DNA of 63,503 nt from a virus (Duplodnaviria; Caudoviricetes): IMG/VR virus record IMGVR_UViG_3300034965_000044, positions 1 through 63,503 of that record. One strand, given 5' to 3'. Under the pieces are notes generated by a model. That model saw nothing but the letters and a program-made list of their open reading frames with translations, did no database searches and was not told where the DNA came from. Both the position numbers and the translations under genes were made by a program. This document shows, piece after piece, positions 37,701-47,753 of this stretch. Positions within the stretch are counted from its first letter, which is position 1. Every line of letters starts with the position of its first letter.

Positions 37701-40700
37701 GGCGGCCCGTACTGGTAAGCGTCATCACCGATAATCTCAGCGAAGCGGAACTGGTCAAGTTCGCCGAGCGGGCCAATCGCAGCCGTACAGCCCACATGTC
37801 CGTCACTGAGAAAGCTCAGCGTGACGCACAGGCGGCCGGCATCGATCTTATGATGCTGTATCAGGGCGGCGACTTCATGAACAAGGAGAACCAGCCGTTC
37901 TTCCGGGCTTTCATGCGAAAGGTCGCGACCCCGCAGGAAATGGGCGAGATGAGCAAAAATGGCGTCCTGACCAAAACCGGTCTCGATCGCCTCAATGCCG
38001 CCGTCCTCGATTCGGCTTATGACGATACCGGCGTGCTCTCCCTCATGCTGGAATCGACGGATAACAACATAAAATCCATTTCCAGTGCTTATCGAGACGC
38101 TGCTCCCGTCTTCATGAAGCTCCGAGCGGAAATCGCAAATGGCTTGGTGCGGGAGGAGATGGATATCACCCCGTTTATGATGGAGGCCGCTCGCTTCGTA
38201 AATGACGCGCGAGACCGCGGAATCAAGATATCCAACGCTCTCGCTCAGGTCGATGCCTTCAACCCTATGGACCCCGTTGTCGATCGGCTCATTCGTCAAT
38301 TTTATAATCCTGAGCTGACGCGCGCCAATTCGGCCTTGCGCATTTCCGAAAACCTACGACTTTATGCTGAAGCCGCCCGCGAGAAGAAGCTGGGCGGTTT
38401 TTTTGAGGACAATACCACGCCGCTCGATGTCATGTCAGCGGCAGAAAGGCAGCTCGCCCGTGGCGCAGATGAAACCCTCCTCGCCGCTGATGAAGCGAAC
38501 GCTGGCCCGAGCCCTGATGGCACAGGGCGAGAAGTACCGCAACCAGCACCTCCAGAATCTAGGCAAGTCGCTGGACTCAGAGGCCAAGATGCAAGCCAGG
38601 CAGAGGCAGCTCGACCGGCTGCTGAAGCAGTCACAGGGCTAGATCGTCAAATTCATGACGCCTATGGATCGTTGGCTAAAATGCCCAGCGATTGGGTCAG
38701 CCTAACAGAACTGCGCAAAAAACTCGGCGGCTCCAGGGCTGAGCAGGACGCTGCCTTGAAGCGCATGTTCTTGGAAAGAGCGATCAATCTATCGACAGAT
38801 GATGACAGCGGATCGCTAACCAAAGCGGACAGGGCTGCTTCCTTGCGTATCGGGATGTCCGATATGCACTTGGTCAGCATCCAGTCTCTCGCCCAGCCGG
38901 CTCCGGCTGCGCCCAGGGCGGCAGCTTCTGGACTGCGCTCACTCTCCGAAGCCGATCTGCGCGCCAAACTCGACGCGATGAAGGTGCCGGAAATTCGGGC
39001 GCTGCTGAAAGCTGAAGGCATCGAGGCGAAGGGCCGCTCGAAAGAGCAGATCATCAATGCAGCGGTCGAGGCCGTAAAGAAGCCGGCGAAAGCTGCCGTC
39101 ACGCCTGCGGCAGAGCCAGCCCGCAAGCCTGTCGAGCCCGGCCAGAACAAAGAATATCGCGATCTGCTCACGTTCAACGCCTGGGAGAACGTGATCAATG
39201 ACAAGGACGGGCTTTTCCGCCTCATCCGAGAAGATGGCGAATCGGTCTTGAAACGCCTTCCTGATGGCCGCGACCGTGTGATCGTTGAGCGGCTGATCAA
39301 GAAATCTCATGAGACTGAGGCGCTTGTCCGCGATCACAAGTTCGACGACGCCAACGAGATGCTGAGCGATATGCTCGATGACGCCGAGCGGCTGACTGAT
39401 AAGGCCACGGTGATCCGACAGTGGGTGCGCGCCGCAGCGCGCGAGCGCAATATCACCAAGATCGGCGATGAGCCAGCAGCGAGCGGAGCGCAACGGCAAG
39501 AGCTAGCCGTATCGCCACATCGTGAGGCTTTTTACGATTACCTGGAGAGCAAAGAGCCGGTTAAGAGCGCGGCGAACATCTCCAAACGGATGGGCATCAG
39601 TCAGGAGGCCGCCTACACACTGCTCGATGAGGCGGTGGAGCGCGGTTGGCTGAAGATCAACGCCGTGGACCTCTACATCCGGGTGCCGGAGAGGGATCGT
39701 CCGCCACGGCCGGGACCGCTGGATGAGGTTCCAAGTGCCATGGGTGATGTGATTGACTGGCGTAAGAATGACAACGCTATCAGAGCTGCACTTGTATCCT
39801 GGGACAAAAGTCCGGTTGCAAAAGACTTAGTTTCTAAACTCGCAGATCTTGAGCAGCGTCTATCAGATATTGAGGGGGACATTTCTGATTTAGAAGGATC
39901 TGAAGAATTTGTAAATAGAAGAAAAATTCAGATACTCCAGCGTGAACATTCTGATATCGAGGACCAACACAGAAATATAGATAAACAATACGAAGCCGAA
40001 AAGCTAAAATTTATGAGCGATCTTGGCTTCAGTAATCCTAGTCATGCCGATGCGCCCAAGGGCTGGGACGTTGTTGAGCCAGAAATAACCAAGATGGAGC
40101 GCGACCTCCAGGCTACCCTCGCCATCACGCGCGCCGTCAGCAATGCGCTGCACCGGGTGCCGGACGTGATCAAGTTCGAAATCATGGACCGGCTCCAAAT
40201 GGGCAGCAGTGGCGAGGCGGCTGGCGTTTATCTGTCCAACCAGCACCTGATCGCGCTCGCCCGCAATATGCGCCGCGATACGGTTGAAACCGTCAATCAC
40301 GAAATCTTCCACGCTCTGCGCAATCTCAAGCTGTTCACCGATTACGAGTGGACCATCATCAAAAATACCTATGAGGCAGCGAACGGTATTGAGCCTGCAC
40401 GCCAGTCCCTTTATCGCGCCTATTGGGAAGAGGCAACTCGGCAGCGCAATCTTGATCCAGAAAGCCTGAAGATGAAGCTTCTGATCGATGACAAGCTGGC
40501 CGAGGAGTGGGCGGCGACCGATTTCGGCGAGTGGTCGAAGAAGCGCTCAGCCGAGCGCGAGACCGCCATCGGGCGGCTCTGGGGCCGGGCGAAGGACTTC
40601 ATGCAGGATCTGACGCGCTCCTTCGACAATTTTGCCTCGCGCTCGATGGGGATGCCTGAGCGGATCTCGGCTCAGGACATCTTCCGCTCCATCGAGGACG

Positions 40701-40909
40701 GCACCGTCGCCAGCCGCTGGCAGGAGTGGGGCATGAACCGCGGCGATGCCACCAACCCGATGAGCGTCAAGTCGATGGCGATCGATGACCACACCAAGAT
40801 GCTCAACGATGCCATGCGCGCTATTGCTCAGGATGAACACAGCAAGCTCGGTCGGCTTCAGGAGGAGGTGCTAAAGAACCTCGCTCCCTGTGCGGCCTAC
40901 AACCTCTGA
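34778..40909 (+). CDS. Large polyvalent internal virion/ejection protein with ParB-like and zincin-like domains
   Basis: 2043 aa; LQVRDR...GAPIV...IVSGNGRV (ParB superfamily); HEIFH; HeH/SAP-like MKVPEIRALLK. Confidence 0.75.
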   Translation: MLELLGSPTINREDYNLRDLSEYDPSMRESARASAGSNYALNAMLGLGLDRAKLAELGSTEDIYQTNAMGQQELVSKGLDPQDPRARRLQLDEANQQGESLGLRFSEPPTQAQFDYLKEQKQAENSRDETLSRVPTLSLRGGMDFIAGFAASAIDPVNIATAFIPVIGEARYGRMVTRLGTGGARLAKGAAEGGVGTALTVPFVYAQAQTLQRNYDISSAFQDVVFGATLGAGLHWGGGAIGDAIRWRAQSNMDRLVRDITRDAEKRFTGEVLDRRKVRVQEGENSSIVESMDRNTRAETMRAAVRAVETDQVPKIDTLLKTSPELGELAVPDKRFPATMRLRNDVTASDFATGTRGAEVLNHVAERIAKTPQGLYDTFAARYKKLQDFSFKHMPREQFEAEARGLVEHPDQMAAVDTGSKTILVAEGAPLGAVRHEIERAVDTAYGETGDKAGGYRYRAKDADGQVGHRAALKQHYEEFPDRAPRTMQPKEAVDLFSRRDEPILGHQGPADADRAWDVVQDGKDKDLERMIADEEIGVIEDIANNITGAARDLGIMDKVIPMEERQILLQAAANQGKQAAVKDLFSAVDAAVERKVKTEALEDAEILMRGGADALKRVIIEGESVDKVIADVRTEKPELVTRAQALRSINLFQKSSDAPLTGAALDRAVARIQSGEDIDVAVQGAGLLARADEAAQTATGPAAELKAPGEDKADQSIEDMFGDLGDEAAELLKGIIAKRELAEAEARLVTEEHDLLAANPKTADLSSSMERTEFDEAQRDRAFREGSGTLVSSERGGAGGGRPGDTIEDGLFATRTRRDGEAVGGQSPAIEREARTAGGERSAPETAISYGAGSVPRRIITPDSSIEVSVEPKFVELEDLIHATGDLQVRDRSRAESQIEAFERAIKLDPEQLMPNRVADAGAPIVIANPAGGYTIVSGNGRVLSLRQVYGDETLTWKANQYRDRLGPAADGYRRPVLVSVITDNLSEAELVKFAERANRSRTAHMSVTEKAQRDAQAAGIDLMMLYQGGDFMNKENQPFFRAFMRKVATPQEMGEMSKNGVLTKTGLDRLNAAVLDSAYDDTGVLSLMLESTDNNIKSISSAYRDAAPVFMKLRAEIANGLVREEMDITPFMMEAARFVNDARDRGIKISNALAQVDAFNPMDPVVDRLIRQFYNPELTRANSALRISENLRLYAEAAREKKLGGFFEDNTTPLDVMSAAERQLARGADETLLAADEANAGPSPDGTGREVPQPAPPESRQVAGLRGQDASQAEAARPAAEAVTGLDRQIHDAYGSLAKMPSDWVSLTELRKKLGGSRAEQDAALKRMFLERAINLSTDDDSGSLTKADRAASLRIGMSDMHLVSIQSLAQPAPAAPRAAASGLRSLSEADLRAKLDAMKVPEIRALLKAEGIEAKGRSKEQIINAAVEAVKKPAKAAVTPAAEPARKPVEPGQNKEYRDLLTFNAWENVINDKDGLFRLIREDGESVLKRLPDGRDRVIVERLIKKSHETEALVRDHKFDDANEMLSDMLDDAERLTDKATVIRQWVRAAARERNITKIGDEPAASGAQRQELAVSPHREAFYDYLESKEPVKSAANISKRMGISQEAAYTLLDEAVERGWLKINAVDLYIRVPERDRPPRPGPLDEVPSAMGDVIDWRKNDNAIRAALVSWDKSPVAKDLVSKLADLEQRLSDIEGDISDLEGSEEFVNRRKIQILQREHSDIEDQHRNIDKQYEAEKLKFMSDLGFSNPSHADAPKGWDVVEPEITKMERDLQATLAITRAVSNALHRVPDVIKFEIMDRLQMGSSGEAAGVYLSNQHLIALARNMRRDTVETVNHEIFHALRNLKLFTDYEWTIIKNTYEAANGIEPARQSLYRAYWEEATRQRNLDPESLKMKLLIDDKLAEEWAATDFGEWSKKRSAERETAIGRLWGRAKDFMQDLTRSFDNFASRSMGMPERISAQDIFRSIEDGTVASRWQEWGMNRGDATNPMSVKSMAIDDHTKMLNDAMRAIAQDEHSKLGRLQEEVLKNLAPCAAYNL

Positions 40910-41227
40910 CATAATTTTTGCCTCGGTGTTGTAGGCTTCCCTCTCATATGGATTTTCCCAATATCCATAGCGGAAATGGAACCATATGTATTTGATCGTA
41001 AACAGAAATGCCCCATCACGCGCGATCTGTGTGATGTGGGCAGCCTCATGGACGATCAGCCCGTAATCGCCAATCGCTTCTTCCAGAATATAGATGCTGC
41101 ACCAGGGCATGGTGATGGCCATGGCGTCCTGACGGATCAGCAGCCAACGCCAAAAGCCTCGGGCAACAACTATTCTGGCTCCCTCGATCATCCCCAATTC
41201 ATAGCAGACATCGCATGGCAAGATCAC
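40871..41227 (-). CDS. Small zincin-like metallopeptidase (DUF4157-like), antisense to the structural operon
   Basis: AMAITMPW..I...LIVHEAAHITQ...YWENPYEREA. Confidence 0.7.
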   Translation of the reverse strand: MILPCDVCYELGMIEGARIVVARGFWRWLLIRQDAMAITMPWCSIYILEEAIGDYGLIVHEAAHITQIARDGAFLFTIKYIWFHFRYGYWENPYEREAYNTEAKIMSEVVGRTGSEVL

Positions 41228-43917
41228 CGAAATCTGCGCAATATTGGCGCTGCATGGCCGGCGTGCGCAAGATCGCGGGCGAGAATCTGTCCGACAGCGA
41301 ATTGGAGGAGATGGCCAATAAGCTGATGAAGCGGGCGCGCTCGATCCGCGCTGAGCGCTATGGCATGTCGGCCGATCAGGCCGTAGACGCAGCGATCAAA
41401 GCCATGAGCGAGGAGGCGGTCACCCAAGGGCAGTTGCGCACCCGCGGCGTCTACCTCAACAACCAAGCCTTCGTCCGCGAGCTGGGCAAGATCCAGACCG
41501 CCTGGGGCGACAATCCGCGCGATGGGCTGGTGGCCAACTATGTCGGCTCTAACATCCTGCGCCAGGGCGCCCAGCGCTCCATCCATGCCGATCAGCGCGG
41601 CCTTGCCGATAAGTGGGTGAACGGCTTTGCCTCCGACATGGAGCGCACCGGCAAGATGGATATGTGGGCCAAGGGCGACCTCGATGAGGATGTCTACAAG
41701 GCTCTGGGCGAGGAGTACAAGGACAACCCGAACTACACCGGCATCGATCGCGATGCGCGCGACCTGTCGGCCATCATCTTCAAATATCAGGAGCTGTTCC
41801 GGGTGTCGGCGAACAATGCCGGCGCGATGATCGGCAAGCTGGCCGACTATATCACCCACCAGTCGCACGATCAGTTCAAGGTGCGCACGGCGAGCGGCGT
41901 CATCGAGGGCACCCGCGGCAAGATCCGCGAGGCGCTGCGCTACAACGAGGATCTGAACTTCAAAGCATGGCGCGATTTCGTCATGCCCAAGCTCGACGGC
42001 GAGCGCACCTTCATGGGTCTGGAAGACCCCGATAAGTGGCTGCGCCATGTCTGGCAGTCGATTGCATCCGGCGAACATCTGAACGGCGCCAGCTCCAATA
42101 GCGGCTTCATTGCGCAGTCCTCGATGGCCGGCAAGATGTCCGAGCCGAGGCTCCTGCACTTCAAGGACGCCCAGGCGCGCTATGATTATGACAGCAAGTT
42201 CGGCCGCGGCGGCTCGCTGGTCGAGCGCGTCATCCTCCAGCTCAATCAGGGCGCCCACAATGTCGCGCTGATGACGCGCATGGGGCCGAACCCAGAGCAA
42301 ACGCACAACCGTCTCAAGACCGCCGCCCGGCTGCTGACCGAGCAGAGCGTGTCGGCCCGGCTCGCCTCGAAGTGGAGTACGGACGAGCGCTATATCGATG
42401 CGATGTGGCGGCAGGTCACGGGCGAAGCCAACACACCCGGCACCGATCCGTTCTCGACCGCCCTGCGCACGGTGCGCTCCATCCAGGTGCTATCCAAGCT
42501 CGGGGGTGCCGTCATCTCCTCGATCTCAGACACCGCGGTTGCAGCGTCCGAGCTGAACTATCAGGGCTTCTCGCCGCTCGAAGCCTGGGGCGCCCAGCTC
42601 GATGGGGTGCTTCAGGGCTATGGTAAGCGCGGCCAGCAGCACGCCGAGCGCTTGCGGATGGCCTCCGAGCTGGGTGTCGCCGTCGATTACCTCCGGGCCT
42701 CCACATGGTCGCGCTTCTCCGCCGATGACGGAATGCCCGGCTGGCAGGCCAAGATGCAGCATTTGTTCTACAAGATCAACGGCTTGCAGTGGTGGACCGA
42801 CACGCTGCGCATGGCCAACGCCCAGGCCATGTCGCACCGCATCGCGCTGAACGCCGATCGAACGCTGGTGGAGCTGGATAGCGGCCTCCAGCGCATGTTC
42901 AAGCTGTTCGACATCCGCTCCGATGAGTGGGAGCTGATGCGCGGCCGGGCGGTGGATGTGAGCGAGGGCAAGGAGTTCTTCTCGCCCAACGGAGCCTCTC
43001 GCATTACCGATGTGGAGATTGCCCACCTGCTCCAGAAGGAGAACACCCGCCCCACGCAGCGCCGGGTGGCCGAGCGCCGCAATGAGATCGAGACCAAGTT
43101 CCGCAGCTTCTTCGCCGCCCGCGCCGATTACGCCGTGATCGTGCCAGGGCCGAGAACGTCCGGCATCATGTCCGGCGACACCGCAGGCGCGCGGCCGGGC
43201 TCGATCACCTCGGAGCTGTTCCGCTCGGTGTTCCAGTTCAAGGGCTTCCCGATGGCGATTGTCGAGAAGGTCTTCGGCCGGGAGTTCTTCGGCTATGGCG
43301 AGAGCGGCAAATATGGCGATGCGACCGGCAAGGGCATGTCCAAGCTCGCTGGCTTCATGGTCTATTCCACCCTGCTCGGGGCAACCGCGCTCTATCTGAA
43401 AGCCTATCTGGGCGGCCGGCGTCTGGATGTCCCGCAGACGCCCAAGGACGCCGCCTCGCTGTTCCTGGCGTCCTTCGTCCAAGGCGGCGGCGCCGGGCTC
43501 TATGGCGACTTCCTCTTCGGGCAGGCGCGCGACCGCTACGGTCACTCCGCTCTCGAAGCCCTCGCCGGGCCGACAGTCGGGCTTGCCGCCGACGCCTATA
43601 GCGGTCTGCGCAGCGCCGAAGCCTCGCCGTTCGATGCGATGTGGGGCAAGGCCAAGCAGGGCGACAAGAACGCCGGGGCTGCCTTCTTCGCTGTGAAGAA
43701 CAACTTGCCGTTTATCAATCTGTTCTACACAAGAATGGCGCTGGACTACCTGTTCCTGTACAGAATTCAGGAATATATGTCACCCGGATCGCTGGCGCGC
43801 ACCGAGAAGAATTACAAAGAAAATCTGCATCAGACCTTCAAACTGCCGCCAAAGAGCAATTACAGAATTGAAGAACGCTCAGCCGAAGACATTGGCAAGC
43901 TTCTAAATCCCTTGTGA
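41215..43917 (+). CDS. Internal virion protein (ejectosome component)
   Basis: 900 aa; YITHQSHD, R.LHFKD, FQFKGFP, GGGAGLYGDFL, LAGP motifs. Confidence 0.8.
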   Translation: MARSPKSAQYWRCMAGVRKIAGENLSDSELEEMANKLMKRARSIRAERYGMSADQAVDAAIKAMSEEAVTQGQLRTRGVYLNNQAFVRELGKIQTAWGDNPRDGLVANYVGSNILRQGAQRSIHADQRGLADKWVNGFASDMERTGKMDMWAKGDLDEDVYKALGEEYKDNPNYTGIDRDARDLSAIIFKYQELFRVSANNAGAMIGKLADYITHQSHDQFKVRTASGVIEGTRGKIREALRYNEDLNFKAWRDFVMPKLDGERTFMGLEDPDKWLRHVWQSIASGEHLNGASSNSGFIAQSSMAGKMSEPRLLHFKDAQARYDYDSKFGRGGSLVERVILQLNQGAHNVALMTRMGPNPEQTHNRLKTAARLLTEQSVSARLASKWSTDERYIDAMWRQVTGEANTPGTDPFSTALRTVRSIQVLSKLGGAVISSISDTAVAASELNYQGFSPLEAWGAQLDGVLQGYGKRGQQHAERLRMASELGVAVDYLRASTWSRFSADDGMPGWQAKMQHLFYKINGLQWWTDTLRMANAQAMSHRIALNADRTLVELDSGLQRMFKLFDIRSDEWELMRGRAVDVSEGKEFFSPNGASRITDVEIAHLLQKENTRPTQRRVAERRNEIETKFRSFFAARADYAVIVPGPRTSGIMSGDTAGARPGSITSELFRSVFQFKGFPMAIVEKVFGREFFGYGESGKYGDATGKGMSKLAGFMVYSTLLGATALYLKAYLGGRRLDVPQTPKDAASLFLASFVQGGGAGLYGDFLFGQARDRYGHSALEALAGPTVGLAADAYSGLRSAEASPFDAMWGKAKQGDKNAGAAFFAVKNNLPFINLFYTRMALDYLFLYRIQEYMSPGSLARTEKNYKENLHQTFKLPPKSNYRIEERSAEDIGKLLNPL

Positions 43918-43921
43918 TCCC

Positions 43922-45973
43922 ATGACAATAGCTGCTCTTGGCGTAACCGCTGTCTATTACGGGCTGGGGAGTGCCGGCCCATTTCCGCTCGCCGATGATG
44001 ACAGCAATCCGATCCTGTTCGCCAACGACTCAGAGATCGTTGTCAAGGTGTTCTCAGATCCGGCGGGCGAGTACACCGCCGGCACGCTGCTGGTCCTCAA
44101 CGTCGATTACACCATCACCGGCGCGGGCTCGCCGACGCCCGGCGCCATCCTGCTCACCGCGCCGCTGCCGCTCGCCTATCTGCTGGTCGCGCGCCGCACC
44201 ACGCCGCCGACGCAGACGCTTGACCTGCTCTACGGTGGCGACCTCAGCCTGGAAGATCTGGAAGCCACACTCGATAAAATCACCCGGCTGATCCAGGAGC
44301 AGAAAGAGCAGACCGACCGCTCGCTGATGTTCTCGGCCACCGAAACGACGCTCGACGGTTCGATCTCGCGCATGGTGCCGGCACCTGTTCCCAATACGGG
44401 GCTGGTGTGGAACACCAATAATCAGCTCGAAAACCGCGCTCTGTCCGCATTTGGCGGCACTGGACCCGCGGGGCCGAAGGGTCCGGCCGGTAAGACGCCG
44501 GGGCCGCAGGGCGATGAGGGCGAGCAAGGTCCCGTTGGTCCGCCCGGCCGGCGCGGCGCTGCTGGCGTCGGCACGCCTGGGGCACGCGGCAAGCAGGGCG
44601 TTCCGGGACTGCTTGGGGACGATGGCGACCAGGGCGACCGCGGTCCTCCGGGGCGACGGGGCGGAACGGGCGCCACCGGCAGCGTGGGGCCACGCGGCCA
44701 ACGTGGCACTCCAGGCGCAGACGGCGACGATGGCGATATCGGCATTCCAGGGCGGCGCGGTCTTGCGGGCGCTTCTGGCAACGCAGGCCCGGCCGGTCCC
44801 AAGGGCAAGAGCCTGTTCGGCGCCGAGGGTGAGCAGGGCGACCAGGGTGATGCGGGGCCTCCCGGCAAACGCGGCCCGCAGGGTCTCCAAGGCATTCCAG
44901 GCATTACCGGCGCCGCCGGCTCACGCCGCGCCTTTATCATTGAGGGCTCAGACGGCGACGATGGACAGCTCGGGGTGCCGGGCAAGCGTGGCGTAGCGGG
45001 GCCGCAAGGTATCCAAGGTCCAGCAGGCGGGCGACGAGCCTTCATCATTGAAGGTTCCGATGGCGACGATGGGCCGATCGGAGTGCGCGGCGCACGCGGG
45101 CCGGCTGGTCTCCCCGGCATCCAGGGCCTGTCCGGCCTACGCCGCACCATCATCATCCAGAGTGGCGACGGCGAGGATGGCGATCGCGGGCCGCCGGGTC
45201 GCAAGGGCTCCGGGAGCGGTGGTGGCATTGGCGGCTCAACCGGCGCCACTGACAATGCCATCCTGCGGGCTGACGGCACCGGCGGTGCAACGCTACAAAA
45301 TTCCACCGTCACCATCACCGATGGTGGGCAAATCAATCTTGTCGCCGGAACAACAACGGTCGCACCAGAGCAACACACAGCGGGAACGTTGCTGACCACG
45401 CCAGCGGCCGGAGCAGTCGAGTTCGACGGCAAGGCGTTTTACGCCACGGCGGTGGCATCATCTCGGCAGGTGCTCAGTACCGAGCAGCTTGTTGTTGTTC
45501 AATCGAATGTCTCTTTGTCCAGTGTAACGACAGCCCAGAATATATTCGGTTCGGCGAACGACGTTCTCTCACTTGCGGGGGCAACGACTTATCAGTTCGA
45601 GGCATTGCTATATATCCAAACCGGAACAGTCTCGCACACGACAGCGATAGGTCTTATCGCAGGCTCCGCCTTTACCAGCATAAGATATCTGGCACAGCTG
45701 TGGAGTAAAACGTCAGGCACAATAACGACGACTGCTGCGTCAGTGAACGATATTGCGGTTTCGACAGCATCTGTCCTGAATGCAGCTTCGGCGTTAGCCC
45801 TTACGGTCATCAGACTTCGCGGCATCATTAGAACGAACGCGGCTTCAACGCTGACGCCACAGATAACGTTCGGCGTTGCCCCCGCGGGCACGAACCTCAC
45901 CCTTACTGAGTCTTTCTTCAGAATATGGCCGGTCGGCTCCAATACCGTCGCGGCAGTTGGCAATTGGGCATAG
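43922..45973 (+). CDS. Tail fibre with collagen-like repeats
   Basis: T7 gp17-like N-terminal adaptor (DYTITG...R.TP.TQ...E..LDK); long G-X-Y tracts. Confidence 0.85.
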   Translation: MTIAALGVTAVYYGLGSAGPFPLADDDSNPILFANDSEIVVKVFSDPAGEYTAGTLLVLNVDYTITGAGSPTPGAILLTAPLPLAYLLVARRTTPPTQTLDLLYGGDLSLEDLEATLDKITRLIQEQKEQTDRSLMFSATETTLDGSISRMVPAPVPNTGLVWNTNNQLENRALSAFGGTGPAGPKGPAGKTPGPQGDEGEQGPVGPPGRRGAAGVGTPGARGKQGVPGLLGDDGDQGDRGPPGRRGGTGATGSVGPRGQRGTPGADGDDGDIGIPGRRGLAGASGNAGPAGPKGKSLFGAEGEQGDQGDAGPPGKRGPQGLQGIPGITGAAGSRRAFIIEGSDGDDGQLGVPGKRGVAGPQGIQGPAGGRRAFIIEGSDGDDGPIGVRGARGPAGLPGIQGLSGLRRTIIIQSGDGEDGDRGPPGRKGSGSGGGIGGSTGATDNAILRADGTGGATLQNSTVTITDGGQINLVAGTTTVAPEQHTAGTLLTTPAAGAVEFDGKAFYATAVASSRQVLSTEQLVVVQSNVSLSSVTTAQNIFGSANDVLSLAGATTYQFEALLYIQTGTVSHTTAIGLIAGSAFTSIRYLAQLWSKTSGTITTTAASVNDIAVSTASVLNAASALALTVIRLRGIIRTNAASTLTPQITFGVAPAGTNLTLTESFFRIWPVGSNTVAAVGNWA

Positions 45974-45983
45974 GAGGCACCAG

Positions 45984-46238
45984 ATGGCAGACCCAGTAAA
46001 GTTCATGAACGAATTTCGCAACGAATGCACCGCCCTTATCGATCAGGTGGCCAAGCTCGAATCCATGTCACGGCGAGCCACCGACATGGGCTGGGGTGCA
46101 AGCACCTGGACAGCGGTGCTCACCGCCACTCCCAACGATATCGTCACGACCGAATTCACCGCTGCTATGACCTCGGTCAACAATATCGTCACCGCCTTCA
46201 TCCCGGCGCGTGCCGTACTCGAACATCTTCGCCAATAA
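45984..46238 (+). CDS. Small tail-associated protein
   Basis: AGGAGG SD; located in the fibre region. Confidence 0.6.
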   Translation: MADPVKFMNEFRNECTALIDQVAKLESMSRRATDMGWGASTWTAVLTATPNDIVTTEFTAAMTSVNNIVTAFIPARAVLEHLRQ

Positions 46239-46254
46239 ATTATAGGAGACATCA

Positions 46255-46593
46255 ATGGCCGGAACTATCAAGCGTACATTCGGGCCGTTGGCCCTCACCA
46301 CCACACTGACCACCAACATTTACAATCAGGGCTCGGCGCTGATTTATGACGTGATCAAGCACATTCACATCGCCAACAAGACCGGCGTGGCCGCGACCTT
46401 CTCGCTGTGGCTCGGCGCTACCGGCGGCAACGTTGCCGGTACAGAGCTATTCACCGCCGTCTCGATTGCCGCCAACGACTACTTCGATTGGTACGGCAAT
46501 CTGCGCATGGGCTCGACCGACTTCCTGGTTGGCGGCGCCGGCACGACTACCGCGCTCACTATCTTGGGCGAGGGAGAACAATTCGTCGTTTAA
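46255..46593 (+). CDS. Small beta-rich virion protein
   Basis: IKHIHIAN...; AGGAGA SD. Confidence 0.7.
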   Translation: MAGTIKRTFGPLALTTTLTTNIYNQGSALIYDVIKHIHIANKTGVAATFSLWLGATGGNVAGTELFTAVSIAANDYFDWYGNLRMGSTDFLVGGAGTTTALTILGEGEQFVV

Positions 46594-46613
46594 TATCAAT
46601 AGGATAGACAGCC

Positions 46614-47753
46614 ATGACTTTATCAGCACTCGGAGTCGTGGCTGTCTATGCCGGCTCCGGCTCGACCGGGCCATTCCCGCTTACCGACGCCCTCTCCAAT
46701 CCGATTTTGTTCAATGCCGACAGCGAGATCGTCGTCTCGACCTTTGTCAACCCGGATGACACGCATCCAACCGTCCTGACGATTGCCACCAACTACACGC
46801 TGACGGGTGCCGGGTCAGCCACTCCCGGCGCCGTCACGCTGCTCGCCGCGCTCCCCGCCGGCAGCAAGATCATGATCAAGCGGGTGACACCGCCCACCCA
46901 GACGCTCGATCTGCTCTACGGCAGCGACCTCAGTCTGGAAAACCTGGAGGCGATCCTCGACAAAATCGTCCGTCTCACCCAGGAGCAGAAGGAGCAGAAT
47001 GAACGCTCGCTGGTGTTCTCCTCGCTCCAGACCACGCTGGCCGGCTCACAAACGCGCGTGGTGCCGGTGCCGGTCGCGGGTAAGGTGCTCGGCTGGAACG
47101 CTACAGCCGACCGGATGGTCAATCTCACCGGCAGCCTGCTCTACAGCGGCTCCGGCGTCCCATCGCCCTCTCTCGGTGTCGATGGCGACTTCTACATCGA
47201 TACGGCTGCCTCGCGCCTCTATGGCCCCAAAGCGGGCGGTATCTGGGCCGTCTCGATTTCCATCATTGGCCCGCAGGGCATCCAGGGCATCCAGGGCATC
47301 CAGGGTGTCGCCGGTCCCACCGGTTCGGGTTCCGGCGATGTGCTTGGCCCGGCGGTGTCAGCGGACGGCGATGTGCCGCTGTGGAACGGCACTAACTCCA
47401 AGACGCTGAAAACCGCCGGCTGGGCGCCCGAGCGCGTCGGTGTCATGCGCGCCATCAACACCCAGACCGGCGCCAACTATACCGCGGTGCTGACCGATGC
47501 GGGTCAGACCATCGAGATGAATAATGCGGGCGCCAACACCTTCACCATCCCGCTCAATGCGACCGTCGCCTTCGCCATCGGCACCTACATCAATCTGGTG
47601 CAGCTAGGTGCCGGCCAGACCACCATCACGCCCACCGGCGGCGTCACGCTGCGCAATCGCAATGGCCTGAAGACGGCCGGGCAATATGCGCTCTGCACCC
47701 TGTACAAGCGCGCCACCGATGAATGGGCCGTTGGAGGAGACACAGCGCCATGA
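46614..47753 (+). CDS. Second tail fibre (paralogous N-terminal adaptor)
   Basis: N-terminal ~175 aa similar to the 43922 gene; G.DGDFYID, short collagen tract, C-terminal YT.V.TDAG...W.V.GD domain. Confidence 0.85.
   Translation: MTLSALGVVAVYAGSGSTGPFPLTDALSNPILFNADSEIVVSTFVNPDDTHPTVLTIATNYTLTGAGSATPGAVTLLAALPAGSKIMIKRVTPPTQTLDLLYGSDLSLENLEAILDKIVRLTQEQKEQNERSLVFSSLQTTLAGSQTRVVPVPVAGKVLGWNATADRMVNLTGSLLYSGSGVPSPSLGVDGDFYIDTAASRLYGPKAGGIWAVSISIIGPQGIQGIQGIQGVAGPTGSGSGDVLGPAVSADGDVPLWNGTNSKTLKTAGWAPERVGVMRAINTQTGANYTAVLTDAGQTIEMNNAGANTFTIPLNATVAFAIGTYINLVQLGAGQTTITPTGGVTLRNRNGLKTAGQYALCTLYKRATDEWAVGGDTAP

Noticed and set aside
22317-43545. Long minus-strand ORFs opposite structural genes (e.g. 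22317-23444, 28450-29850, 33147-34379, 41224-42306)
   Set aside because: Shadow ORFs expected from high-GC codon bias; no motifs or SDs
43922-47150. Similar fibre N-termini as a DGR template/variable repeat pair
   Set aside because: Differences are not adenine-specific, both copies are coding N-termini, and no reverse transcriptase is present
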